51,253 bases of DNA from a phage. Positions 17,110-26,391 of this stretch are shown one piece after another (the first letter of the stretch is position 1; each line of letters starts with the position of its first letter). The notes below the pieces were generated by a model. That model was not told the origin of the DNA and made no database searches. It saw only the letters and a program-made list of their open reading frames with translations. The position numbers and the translations under genes are program-made. The DNA is taken from the sequence record NC_105436.1. One strand, 5' to 3'.

Positions 17110-17490
17110 ATGGTTAACATCCGAAAAATCCGCGTCGGCACTAAATTCTTAGTTACTTACGCAATTCCAGAGAGCGGAATGAAGAAGGGCCAGATTGTTA
17201 AGGTTGATAGCAAAAGGTTCGGAATCCCTGGTATCAATGGCTATCTAATCAATAGAGATCTTGGATTCGACGGATTCGCTATCCGTGCGCTTGAGGGTAT
17301 TGTTGCCACTCTTAAACGAATCACTAATCATCGCGGCTGCCCAATCAAGACGATTAAAGCGCCAGTAAATTACGGCAAACTGGATAATCGTCGAATCCGC
17401 CGCCTGGCGCGTAACGCGTTAAAATTCCGTGGCGTAGGCGATGATTTCTACTGTGGATACAAGAGGATTGCGCGCAATGCTGGGAAATAA
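17110..17490 (+). CDS. hypothetical protein
   Basis: Start at ATG 17110 after RBS GAGAGGA. Confidence 0.45.
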   Translation: MVNIRKIRVGTKFLVTYAIPESGMKKGQIVKVDSKRFGIPGINGYLINRDLGFDGFAIRALEGIVATLKRITNHRGCPIKTIKAPVNYGKLDNRRIRRLARNALKFRGVGDDFYCGYKRIARNAGK

Positions 17491-17516
17491 CAATAACGCA
17501 ACGAATCCTAAGCCAC

Positions 17517-17565
17517 CTTTTGATTTTCATTCCGCAATGATTGCGGTATTATCAATGCTACTTTT
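17517..17565 (+). promoter_or_regulatory. degenerate box cassette
   Basis: CACCTTTTGATTTTC + palindrome CCGCAATGATTGCGG + TATTAT. Confidence 0.35.
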
Positions 17566-17589
17566 TCTTTATAGCATGAGGGCGCTACT

Positions 17590-17853
17590 ATGGTTTTTAA
17601 CGCATTGAAACGACTGTTTAAGCCGGAATACCGGATCGTTGCTTGCACAGAATGCAAGATTTATTATCTGCAACGCCGCCGCGTTATTAGTGGGGATTGG
17701 GAATATCTGACGGATGATGCTTTCGGCTTTTGGGCTATGGAGTTCAATAGCTACAGCGAAGCGCGCGAATACGCTAAAAAGTTGCACAAGTTCAGACCTT
17801 ACAAGCTGCGTTTGCTGGTTGTCAAAAAGTGCGACGTATGGGATCACGAATGA
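17590..17853 (+). CDS. hypothetical protein
   Basis: 87-aa ORF. Confidence 0.45.
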   Translation: MVFNALKRLFKPEYRIVACTECKIYYLQRRRVISGDWEYLTDDAFGFWAMEFNSYSEAREYAKKLHKFRPYKLRLLVVKKCDVWDHE

Positions 17854-18026
17854 AAAGAGTAATTATCACCTTTATTGCCATTATCGCTGGTTCCCACTTG
17901 GCATATGGGTATAGCGGCATTGTTGAGTCAATCGGCGGAATGATTATCTTCCTAGCTGGCGCATGTTACGGCTACGGCGATGGATTTAAAAACGGCAAGC
18001 GTTACATCCTGACCGGGAAGAAATAA
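17850..18026 (+). CDS. hypothetical membrane protein
   Basis: ATGA overlap with upstream stop; two hydrophobic segments. Confidence 0.4.
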   Translation: MKRVIITFIAIIAGSHLAYGYSGIVESIGGMIIFLAGACYGYGDGFKNGKRYILTGKK

Positions 18027-18069
18027 TGTTTAATCGCGCCGCTTCGGTGGCGCTAAAAGGAGGAAAAAA

Positions 18070-18357
18070 ATGGCTAAAAGCAATCGTAAGATGTTGATTA
18101 ACGCATTCGAAAAGGCAGCGCTTGAGCGTGGTTGGAATGACTCATTTCACACGGCAAACTGTATCCGCAGTTACGGATTCAAGAATTGCCGCTCATGGGC
18201 ACGTGAAATGGCGTCATGGTATGATTTTGATGCTCATTACCTTGATATGGATTGCGCCCTGGTTGAAATGATTGAACAGGCAGCATTAGAGGATCGACCA
18301 TTAACGCAATCTGATTTTGACGATTTTGTGCGCGATGAGCTTTACTATCTGAGCTAA
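18070..18357 (+). CDS. hypothetical protein
   Basis: 95-aa ORF with RBS AGGAGG. Confidence 0.5.
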   Translation: MAKSNRKMLINAFEKAALERGWNDSFHTANCIRSYGFKNCRSWAREMASWYDFDAHYLDMDCALVEMIEQAALEDRPLTQSDFDDFVRDELYYLS

Positions 18358-18399
18358 TAGCACTTTTTGTTAAAACTTCCGCAAGGGCATTTGGTAAAG
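18356..18399 (+). promoter_or_regulatory. box cassette
   Basis: Box + hairpin AAGGGCA/TGCCCTT with TAAAGT in the loop. Confidence 0.5.
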
Positions 18400-18432
18400 T
18401 GCCCTTATTGAAGCGAAACAGAGGAAAGCGCA

Positions 18433-18645
18433 ATGAAAATCAAAATCACCAAAATCGACACTATCAACGGCGACGGATCAATCACTCTTGAGCAATGCGG
18501 TTTGGTTGTTGGTGATGTGCTGGAAGTTGATGGACATTTCAGTGACGGATCTTATTGTGTTATTGCGCCGCGTAACAGCGAGTTTATCAAGGCTGGCGAC
18601 AATATTAGTGTTAACCATGACGAATGCGAGGTAGTAGAAGAATGA
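18433..18645 (+). CDS. hypothetical protein
   Basis: 70-aa ORF after box cassette. Confidence 0.45.
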   Translation: MKIKITKIDTINGDGSITLEQCGLVVGDVLEVDGHFSDGSYCVIAPRNSEFIKAGDNISVNHDECEVVEE

Positions 18646-18905
18646 TCACGATTAACCTGTCAGAGCAGCAAGCGCGCATTATGTTAGCGGCCTTTGGCTG
18701 GCGAGATGATGACGGCATCCAGGCAACGGTTAAAATTCCTGAGCCAGTTGCGCGTGAAGTTTTCAGCCAGCTAGAACACGCATTTGATCCTGCTGGGACT
18801 GAGCAAGCGGAAACTGCCGCATGGTTCGGAGAGAACGGATACAGAGATCAGCAAATCGAAAACTGGAAGCGCATAAACGAGACTATGGAGGAATCAGGTT
18901 TATGA
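18642..18905 (+). CDS. hypothetical acidic protein
   Basis: ATGA overlap with upstream stop. Confidence 0.45.
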   Translation: MITINLSEQQARIMLAAFGWRDDDGIQATVKIPEPVAREVFSQLEHAFDPAGTEQAETAAWFGENGYRDQQIENWKRINETMEESGL

Positions 18906-19216
18906 TTTACATTCACTACTACCAAATCGGAACTAACGAGAACAAAAAAGAGCATCGTTTCATCCACGATGATTTGGACAAGGCAAAGGCACAGCAACAG
19001 GTTTTAGGCGGCGTCATTCAGGCTTTTGAGCCTGTAGAAGATATTGAGTACCGCGAGCATTTAAAAGATGTTGTTATTGATGAGATCTCTTGCTTGATTG
19101 ATGATATGACAAATCACGGCCCTGGTTCCCCGTGGGAAGATGCAGGATCTGTAACGTGGGACAAGGCCAAAGTTAAGACGCTAAACAACTTTCGAGAGAT
19201 TCTCGACGGTTTTTAA
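18902..19216 (+). CDS. hypothetical protein
   Basis: ATGA overlap with upstream stop. Confidence 0.45.
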   Translation: MIYIHYYQIGTNENKKEHRFIHDDLDKAKAQQQVLGGVIQAFEPVEDIEYREHLKDVVIDEISCLIDDMTNHGPGSPWEDAGSVTWDKAKVKTLNNFREILDGF

Positions 19217-19286
19217 TTAAAAACGCATAGCCGTTAGAGCGCCTCAATCGCATTCTAACGAGCTATTTTTCTGGTAAGGTGATTTA

Positions 19287-19415
19287 ATGGATGAGTACAA
19301 ACAACCTTCGCAGTGGTGCAAAGAGAAGCAAGAAGAGGCACTGGAGCGCGGAGATGTGGAAGAAGCTATGAACTATTTCAAACTTGCGGAAGAATGGAAG
19401 GGGAGAGGATACTGA
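19287..19415 (+). CDS. hypothetical small protein
   Basis: 42-codon ORF (MDEYKQPSQW...) with RBS AAGGTGA. Confidence 0.3.
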   Translation: MDEYKQPSQWCKEKQEEALERGDVEEAMNYFKLAEEWKGRGY

Positions 19416-19645
19416 TGTTCGGCATGAATGAGGCGCAATTCAACGCAGCTAAACGCCAGGCTAAAAAGTGCGGCGAGGCGATGAAAGCGGATGTGGAAAA
19501 GCGCGGGAAGTATGTTGATGAAGTAATGAAGGGCATCATTGCAGAACACTACCAGCCAATCGCGCCAATGTTGACGATCACTCAATTCATTTGGCTATGT
19601 GGTTACTTGCGTGGACGTTGGGGGAACGCTTTCGACAGGGAATGA
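19415..19645 (+). CDS. hypothetical protein
   Basis: Start at ATG 19415 overlapping the upstream TGA. Confidence 0.4.
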   Translation: MFGMNEAQFNAAKRQAKKCGEAMKADVEKRGKYVDEVMKGIIAEHYQPIAPMLTITQFIWLCGYLRGRWGNAFDRE

Positions 19646-19807
19646 TTGACAACTCTTTCCTGATTGGTTAGCATGGCGTCGTTTACATAAGAGCGGCTTA
19701 GTCCGAACGCGTGACGCGATAGTCACACAACAACGGCGATATGCAGGAGGTTTTTGCAATGCAAAATAATCCGTAAGACGTATCGCCTTTTTTAATGGAG
19801 ATCCAAA

Positions 19808-20041
19808 ATGATTAAATACAAATTAACCGTTTCTTTCCGTGATACCGTTATCCATCCTTTTCTCAAGAGCTTTGTTAAATGCTTTACGGTAGAAGCTACA
19901 GAGGATCAGCTAGACGGTGACGAAACTTGCATTTCTATTGGAAATGTTGCTTACCCGATTCACAACATTACCAGCATTAAGCGTGAGGTTGTCGCTGATG
20001 AATTACAAAGTGAAGATGACGATCCGGCGAATGGGGCGTAA
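19808..20041 (+). CDS. hypothetical protein
   Basis: 77-aa ORF. Confidence 0.45.
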   Translation: MIKYKLTVSFRDTVIHPFLKSFVKCFTVEATEDQLDGDETCISIGNVAYPIHNITSIKREVVADELQSEDDDPANGA

Positions 20042-20179
20042 TTGCCAATCATGCAAACAGGAATATGAATGCGTAGTTGATGCTCTTGATGAACTGGAAG
20101 CAGTAGCAAAAGCAAAAGAGCAATCGGGCGCTAATCCTGAAACACATCAATTTTCAATTAATCTTGTGAGGGCTTTACA

Positions 20180-20404
20180 ATGATCGCATTATCTTTCTGC
20201 ATTGGTTTTATCATGGCTATCATTATCTTTTCCGTTGTCATGCGCTTTGCTTATAAGTTCGTGATTAATAAAGGTTGGTACGCTTCTGCAATCTGGAGCG
20301 AAAAACAAAAGAAATGGCTTGTACGTGGTCAATACCTGATGATCGGTAGCAAGATCCTAAATTCCATTCGAGCCAAAGATGGGAAAGTAAAATATACAGC
20401 TTAA
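20180..20404 (+). CDS. hypothetical membrane protein
   Basis: 74 aa with N-terminal transmembrane helix. Confidence 0.45.
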   Translation: MIALSFCIGFIMAIIIFSVVMRFAYKFVINKGWYASAIWSEKQKKWLVRGQYLMIGSKILNSIRAKDGKVKYTA

Positions 20405-20410
20405 AAATCA

Positions 20411-20432
20411 CCCGCCGCACGGCGGGTTTTTT
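20411..20432 (+). terminator. rho-independent terminator candidate
   Basis: CCCGCCGCACGGCGGG hairpin + T6, between early block and terminase. Confidence 0.65.
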
Positions 20433-20482
20433 ATTGCCCGTTGTTTGGTATAATCAGGCATCTAACCAAAGGAGGATTAACA

Positions 20483-21010
20483 ATGGCTAAAAACGTTGAG
20501 CCTGCTGTAAAGGCATTAAATTTCAAAGAGTTATACAATAAAACTTATGGAGATATTGTTACGCTAAACAACCGCCACAAGTACACGCCGGAACAGGTTT
20601 TTGATATGGCGATCCGCTATTTCACTTGGGCCGAAGAGAATCACATCCAGGCGGCTGAAACTGCTTCCTTTCAGGGTGACGTGTACGAGAGCAGAGTTTA
20701 CAAGCCTCGCGTTTTCACGGTTAACGGATTCAGCTTGTATCTCGGCGTGACTGAGGCCGCCGTAAGCAAATGGCGTAAAGAGCCTGGATTCTGCGATGTG
20801 ATGGAGTTTGTTGATAAAGTAATTTACGAGCAAAAATTCCAGCTTGCGGCAAACAACATGATTAATGCTGGATTCATCGGTAAAGAGATCGGCGTAGAGA
20901 AACCAGCAACAGTGAGCGTTGAAGCGAGCGCGGCAGCTAATGCAAGCATTGACGCAGTAACTGCCGATGAGGTGAAAGAGGCTGTGATTGATATTCTGGA
21001 GCAACTTTAA
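20483..21010 (+). CDS. terminase small subunit
   Basis: Start at ATG 20483 with RBS AAAGGAGG; about 175 aa, immediately upstream of and overlapping the large terminase (TAATG). Confidence 0.6.
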   Translation: MAKNVEPAVKALNFKELYNKTYGDIVTLNNRHKYTPEQVFDMAIRYFTWAEENHIQAAETASFQGDVYESRVYKPRVFTVNGFSLYLGVTEAAVSKWRKEPGFCDVMEFVDKVIYEQKFQLAANNMINAGFIGKEIGVEKPATVSVEASAAANASIDAVTADEVKEAVIDILEQL

Positions 21011-22578
21011 TGATCATATGGGAAGATTTGACGGCGGCGCAAAAGCGAGCCATTAAAGAAATCAGTGAGCATTCATTCGAAAAGATGATCAGGATCTGGT
21101 TCCAGTTATTGCAGGGGCAAAAATTCCAGAGCAACTGGCATTTTAGCTTATTGTGCAGTGAGGTAGAGAAGATCATCAATGGAGAGTCGCAGAATGTGAT
21201 TTTCAACATTACGCCAGGTAGCGGCAAGACTGAGATTTTCTCGATCCACATGTCACCCTACGCGTCATTGAAAAGCCGGAAAGTGAGAAACCTTAACCTT
21301 TCGTTTAGTGATGGCCTTGTGCAGCAAAACAGCAACCGGATAAAGGAGATTATTGGTTCTCCTGAGTGGCAAGAGCTATGGCCTGGAAAACTGGCAAAGG
21401 CGAGCGCTAAAGATCTGATAGTCACCGAAGGCGGCAAGGTTAAATTGCAGGTTAACTCACGTTCTATTGGCGGCCAGGTAACAGGTTTGCGTGGCGGCTA
21501 TATGGATGATGGTTTTACTGGTATGCTGGTTCTTGACGATCCAGACAAGCCGGATGATATGCTTTCTAAGGTCAAGCGCGAGGCTATTCACATGCGGTTA
21601 AAAAACACAGTGCGATCGCGTCGAATGAAAGACACAACGCCGATTGTTATGGTGCAACAGCGACTACACGTTAATGATTCCACATGGTTCATGCTTAATG
21701 GCGGAATGGGTGGTATTGAGTTTAAAGTCGTGAGCATTCCTGCGCTGGTTACGAAAGAATACCGCGAAACGCTTCCTGATTGGTTGAAGCCTGAATTTGA
21801 TCGTGATGTGCTGTCAAGTAAGCCAGTGATGATAGATGGCGTTGCTCATTATTCATTTTGGCCTGCGAAGGAAAGCGCGGAGGAGTTGCTTGCATTGCGC
21901 AATGCAGATCCTTACACGTTCGCCAGCCAATACCAACAGCAACCAATCGCGCTTGGCGGGAACGTGTTTAAAACAGAGTGGTTCCAGTATTACGGCAGCG
22001 GAGAAAAGTGCGCACTACCAAAACCGGATCGCTTTGAATACACATTTATTACTGGAGATACCGCGCAGAAGGCCGGAGAGCTTAACGACTATTCAGTTTT
22101 TTGTTATTGGGGGATGTATAAGAATCGCGTTTACTTCATTGATGGCATTCGCGGAAAGTGGGAAGCGCCGGATCTTGAATTAAATTTTATTGCCTTCGTT
22201 AACCAGTGCTGGAAGCGCAATAAGGAGTGTGGCAGCTTGCGACGTATCCACATTGAAGATAAGGCCAGCGGCACGGGTTTGATTCAGGGGGCCAAAAAGA
22301 AGATCCCGATTGATATAAATCCCGTTCAGCGAAGCAATGACAAGGTGACGCGAGCAATGGACGCCGCGCCAGTAATGAGGGCCGGACGTGTGGCGCTGCC
22401 AGAAAATCACCCCATGCTGCCTGAGATACTGGCAGAGGTTGCAGCATTCACTTTTGATGATTCTCATCCCCATGATGATATTGTCGATAATATAGTTGAT
22501 GCTGTTAACGTCGAAATGAACTTGGCAGATGATCCGGTGGCAAGGATGAAAAAGCTGGCTGGTCTACGCAATAAATAG
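21010..22578 (+). CDS. terminase large subunit
   Basis: Walker A (NITPGSGKTEIFS), Walker B-like (LVLDDPDKPDD), 522 aa. Confidence 0.85.
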   Translation: MIIWEDLTAAQKRAIKEISEHSFEKMIRIWFQLLQGQKFQSNWHFSLLCSEVEKIINGESQNVIFNITPGSGKTEIFSIHMSPYASLKSRKVRNLNLSFSDGLVQQNSNRIKEIIGSPEWQELWPGKLAKASAKDLIVTEGGKVKLQVNSRSIGGQVTGLRGGYMDDGFTGMLVLDDPDKPDDMLSKVKREAIHMRLKNTVRSRRMKDTTPIVMVQQRLHVNDSTWFMLNGGMGGIEFKVVSIPALVTKEYRETLPDWLKPEFDRDVLSSKPVMIDGVAHYSFWPAKESAEELLALRNADPYTFASQYQQQPIALGGNVFKTEWFQYYGSGEKCALPKPDRFEYTFITGDTAQKAGELNDYSVFCYWGMYKNRVYFIDGIRGKWEAPDLELNFIAFVNQCWKRNKECGSLRRIHIEDKASGTGLIQGAKKKIPIDINPVQRSNDKVTRAMDAAPVMRAGRVALPENHPMLPEILAEVAAFTFDDSHPHDDIVDNIVDAVNVEMNLADDPVARMKKLAGLRNK

Positions 22579-22603
22579 CACTAATTGCTAAAAAGTTATA
22601 TAA
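22573..22603 (+). promoter_or_regulatory. box variant upstream of portal gene
   Basis: AATAGCACTAATTGCTAAAAAG followed by TATATAAT at shorter spacing, then terminator-like hairpin. Confidence 0.4.
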
Positions 22604-22607
22604 TCAA

Positions 22608-22632
22608 GGCTGGATTTTTCCAGCCTTTTTTA
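22608..22632 (+). terminator. terminator-like hairpin + T-run
   Basis: GGCTGG/CCAGCC stem + T6, immediately followed by ATTATGGAG. Confidence 0.5.
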
Positions 22633-22648
22633 TTATGGAGATTTGACT

Positions 22649-23941
22649 ATGAGCGAAAAAACAAGGCTAGTTAAGGCCGATGGATACAACGAGATTTTCA
22701 AGGGTAGCAAGGGCAATGGGCGTGTGGAGTTGCCTTTCTTTATGCAAGGGTTCGAATACACCACGCACGCTGATTTTTACATTCGCGACGGCCTAGCAAA
22801 ACGAATTATCGACGTTGTTCCAGAAGAAATGGTGACGCCTGGATTTAATATTGATGGCGTGGAAGATGAGGAGGGTTTTAGATCTTTGTGGGATGAGAAG
22901 CGACTAAACGATAAAATCATTGATGCGCTTTGCTGGTCGCGTCTTTTTGGTGGCGCTGCAATCGTGGCAATCGTTCAGGATGGCAGGGCATTAAAGTCAC
23001 CTGTAGCGCCTGGTGCAATCCTTGAAGATGTTCGCGTTTACGATCGCTTTCAGGTTCGCGTAGAGAAGCGAGAAACTAATCCGCGCAAGGTGCGATATGG
23101 TGAGCCATTGATTTACACCATTACACCTGGTGCTGACCTGCCAGAATACCAGGTTCACTATTCGCGAGTCTGTATTATCGACGGTGAGCGGCTACCAAAT
23201 CAGCGACGTCAGTCAAATGATGGTTGGGGTGAGTCGATCCTGAATAAGCGACTTGTTGAGGCCATTTGTGATTATAACTACTGCGAAAACTTAGCAACTC
23301 AATTGTTGCGACGTAAGCAACAGGCGGTATGGAAAGCTAAAGGTCTTGCTGATCTTTGTGATGATGATGATGGTGTTAACGCCGCACGTTTGCGCCTTGC
23401 TCAAGTTGATGATGAGGGTGGCGTGGGCCGTGCGATCGGCATTGATGCGGAAGATGAGGAATATGATGTTTTAAATTCTGATATTTCCGGCGTCGATTCA
23501 TTCCTTGAAAAGAAGATGGATCGAATTGTATCTCTTTCCGGCATCCATGAAATCATCCTCAAAAACAAGAACGTTGGCGGTGTTAGCGCGAGCCAAAACA
23601 CGGCGCTTGAAACCTTCTACAAGCTGATCGATCGAAAGCGAAAGGAAGAATACAAACCAATCCTTGAATTTCTGATCCCGTTCCTGATTCAAGAGGAAGA
23701 ATGGAGTATTCAGTTTGCGCCGTTAAGCGTTCCCAGCGAAAAGGACCAGGCCGAGATCTTGAACAAGAATATTGATTCTTTGAGCAAGGCTATTGACGGT
23801 CAATTCATGGATACAGAGGAGGCGCGCGACACATTGCGAGCCATTGCGCCTAACGTTAAACTAAAGGACGGCAATAACATTAAATTACCTGAGCAGGACG
23901 TAGAGCCGGAGCCAGGAACAACCGAGGGTAGCAATCAATGA
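22649..23941 (+). CDS. portal protein
   Basis: About 430 aa directly downstream of the large terminase; call by size and synteny. Confidence 0.65.
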   Translation: MSEKTRLVKADGYNEIFKGSKGNGRVELPFFMQGFEYTTHADFYIRDGLAKRIIDVVPEEMVTPGFNIDGVEDEEGFRSLWDEKRLNDKIIDALCWSRLFGGAAIVAIVQDGRALKSPVAPGAILEDVRVYDRFQVRVEKRETNPRKVRYGEPLIYTITPGADLPEYQVHYSRVCIIDGERLPNQRRQSNDGWGESILNKRLVEAICDYNYCENLATQLLRRKQQAVWKAKGLADLCDDDDGVNAARLRLAQVDDEGGVGRAIGIDAEDEEYDVLNSDISGVDSFLEKKMDRIVSLSGIHEIILKNKNVGGVSASQNTALETFYKLIDRKRKEEYKPILEFLIPFLIQEEEWSIQFAPLSVPSEKDQAEILNKNIDSLSKAIDGQFMDTEEARDTLRAIAPNVKLKDGNNIKLPEQDVEPEPGTTEGSNQ

Positions 23942-24693
23942 TAGTGAAAGGCGTCGTTAAACAATGGCGCTTTCCTGAAGCAAGCGAGCGGCAATTGCGC
24001 CGCTCAATTCAGGAGGCGATAAGGGATCTTGTTGTGCTGATGCGCAGCAAAACAAAGGAAATGAAATTTGACGCGGACACCGAAGAAATCAACGCCGCAG
24101 AGGATGAGATTAGTAGCTTCGCGTTAAAGCTAATAGCTGGCATCGCAGCATCACTTCCGGTTATCGGCCTTGCTGTTTATAAATTCAACGCAAAGCAATT
24201 TATTAACGTAGCGAAATCAACGGGAGGCAAGTCAAATTCAGCCGTTATCATCCTTATGGCTATTGGGGCCAATGCGAATGAGAGTTGGTATAGGGCGCTA
24301 TACGGTCAATGGCATGACATGACGATCGCATCTCTTCAAAAACTATTTGGAAACATTGTGTCTGACTGGTCAACCAATATCAGATCGGCAAACTTTCGCG
24401 GAATGAGAGATAGTCAGGTTAATGAATTGGCTGGTAAGAGGTTCGCAGTTTATAGCTCTTGGGGTAAGACAAGGGCGGAAAACATCATAGGCGCTTGGAA
24501 TAGTAGACTCATGCGCCAGCGTCTGTATGATGCAAAAGTAACTCATTATTTTTGGCATGGTATGCTTGATGACAGAGAGCGATTGCAGCATGTACAATGG
24601 GAAGGTAAGCGCATTGCGCTAGATTCTGAACATGATTTTCCTGGTGAGCCTTTCGGTTGTCGTTGTTGGGCCATACCAGATTGGAACAGTTAA
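23938..24693 (+). CDS. head morphogenesis protein (SPP1 gp7 / Mu F-like)
   Basis: Position after portal; C-terminal GxxxGCRC-type motif (GEPFGCRCWAIP). Confidence 0.55.
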   Translation: MIVKGVVKQWRFPEASERQLRRSIQEAIRDLVVLMRSKTKEMKFDADTEEINAAEDEISSFALKLIAGIAASLPVIGLAVYKFNAKQFINVAKSTGGKSNSAVIILMAIGANANESWYRALYGQWHDMTIASLQKLFGNIVSDWSTNIRSANFRGMRDSQVNELAGKRFAVYSSWGKTRAENIIGAWNSRLMRQRLYDAKVTHYFWHGMLDDRERLQHVQWEGKRIALDSEHDFPGEPFGCRCWAIPDWNS

Positions 24694-24703
24694 GAGGTAT
24701 TAA

Positions 24704-25819
24704 ATGAAAGCAAAACAAAGATTTGATAGCGCCAAAGTAAAGGCGCACTTTGATGATAACGGGTTTTTAGTTGATCGCCCTATCGTGGCGCGAATTGGTT
24801 TGCAAGTCTATCAGACTCCTTTCGGTGAGCGCAGAGAATTTCGTCCTGCGTCCGAAGTATTCAAGGCCGACTCACTCGCCACCTTCGCAGGGAAGCCAGT
24901 CACGGTTGGTCACGTTACGGTAACTCCAGAAAACGCCGAAAAGGTTGTGGTTGGTTCTTGTGCTGGTGCTGGTGTGCCGAACGGGATCGGCGTAGAGGTT
25001 CCGTTAAGCATTTACTCAAAACGAGCAATCGAAAGCGCGAAGAAGCGAGACACGGCGGAAATTTCAGTTGGTTATACATCGGTTGATATTGATAAACCAG
25101 GCTGGGGCAATAATAAAACTGGTGAGTACGTTTTCGATGAGGATGTTAGCGAAGACTGGAAACCGGATTCTCCTGATTGGGTTAAGTTTGATGCAATCCA
25201 GACTGAAATCAAGGTAAACCACATCGCGTTAGTTTTCCGAGGTCGGGCTGGTATTGCGAAATTAAACCTTGATAGTCAGCAAGATTTTCCGTATAGTGAC
25301 GAAGTTATTAACAACAAAGAGGATCAAATCATGACTGTAAAAATTAAACTGGATGGCGCTGTAGAATTTGATGTTCCGAAAGCAGTTGCGGATCACATTG
25401 AATCACTGAAAGCTGATGCCAAAGCGCAGAAAGAAAAGGCGGACGGCCTGGAGGCTGAGCGCGATGCGCTGCAATCCAAAGTAGATGGCATTCAGGATCA
25501 GATTGATGCCGCAGTCAAGAAAGCCAAAGAAGATGCCGCGCAACATGCTCAATTAGTAGCAGACGCTAAAGAGTTAGGCATCAAGTGCGACGGCCTGGAT
25601 GCGAAAGCAATCAAGGTTGCATACATCAAAGAAGTTATGGGTAATGACGTTTCTGATAAAACTGATGCCTATATCGAAACAGCTTTCGACATCGCCAAAA
25701 ACTCTGATAAAATGGCGGCACAGCGTAAGAGCATTAAAGGTGACTCTTTCGCGAATGAAAAACAGGATGAAGCAGGTTCTAAGCTGAATCCTAACGCTCG
25801 TTTTGAGAAACTGAAATAA
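24704..25819 (+). CDS. putative prohead protease/scaffolding protein
   Basis: Position between morphogenesis and capsid genes; C-terminal coiled-coil-rich region; function by synteny only. Confidence 0.4.
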   Translation: MKAKQRFDSAKVKAHFDDNGFLVDRPIVARIGLQVYQTPFGERREFRPASEVFKADSLATFAGKPVTVGHVTVTPENAEKVVVGSCAGAGVPNGIGVEVPLSIYSKRAIESAKKRDTAEISVGYTSVDIDKPGWGNNKTGEYVFDEDVSEDWKPDSPDWVKFDAIQTEIKVNHIALVFRGRAGIAKLNLDSQQDFPYSDEVINNKEDQIMTVKIKLDGAVEFDVPKAVADHIESLKADAKAQKEKADGLEAERDALQSKVDGIQDQIDAAVKKAKEDAAQHAQLVADAKELGIKCDGLDAKAIKVAYIKEVMGNDVSDKTDAYIETAFDIAKNSDKMAAQRKSIKGDSFANEKQDEAGSKLNPNARFEKLK

Positions 25820-25831
25820 GGAGTAATTAAA

Positions 25832-26341
25832 ATGGCTAAAATTGGAGCAAGTTATTTTGACACTATGGCGCGTGCGCTTCCTGGTCAGGTATCCGACACG
25901 TCAGCATATAACATCGACGGCGCTTGCGTTCTTGACAAGGAAGACGGCATCCCAATCCTGGTTGGCGTGGCTGTTAAGCTAAAAGGCGTTGACTCAATGG
26001 GTAATAAGCTGATCGACGCTATTTCTGGTGGTGGTGATGTTCCTTATGGCGTTGGCGTTCGTTCGCACTTTCAAACTACGGCTGATAATGGTCGAATGGT
26101 TTATGAGGCTGGCGGCGGAATCAACGTTATGACTGAGGGCCGTGTCTGGATGATTGGCGATGATTCAGATAAAAGCAAAAAGCCAGAATATCGTAAGCCT
26201 GTAAAAATTGATGAAAACTCTGGCAAGGTGAAAAGTGCTGGCGCTATCAATACAAACTGGGTTTACACTGGCGATAAAACCACTTTTGGAACTGGCAATA
26301 ATATGTTGACTTTGTTTGAAGTTCAGGTCTTCCCAAGCTAA
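25832..26341 (+). CDS. putative head decoration/structural protein
   Basis: Paralogous to the next ORF (shared YNIDG and GRVW segments); in head module. Confidence 0.4.
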   Translation: MAKIGASYFDTMARALPGQVSDTSAYNIDGACVLDKEDGIPILVGVAVKLKGVDSMGNKLIDAISGGGDVPYGVGVRSHFQTTADNGRMVYEAGGGINVMTEGRVWMIGDDSDKSKKPEYRKPVKIDENSGKVKSAGAINTNWVYTGDKTTFGTGNNMLTLFEVQVFPS

Positions 26342-26347
26342 AATCAA

Positions 26348-26371
26348 GGCGCTCGCTTGAGCGCCTTTTTT
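26348..26371 (+). terminator. terminator-like hairpin + T-run
   Basis: GGCGCTC/GAGCGCC stem + T6 + ATTATG. Confidence 0.55.
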
Positions 26372-26391
26372 ATTATGTAAGGAGAAATGAA

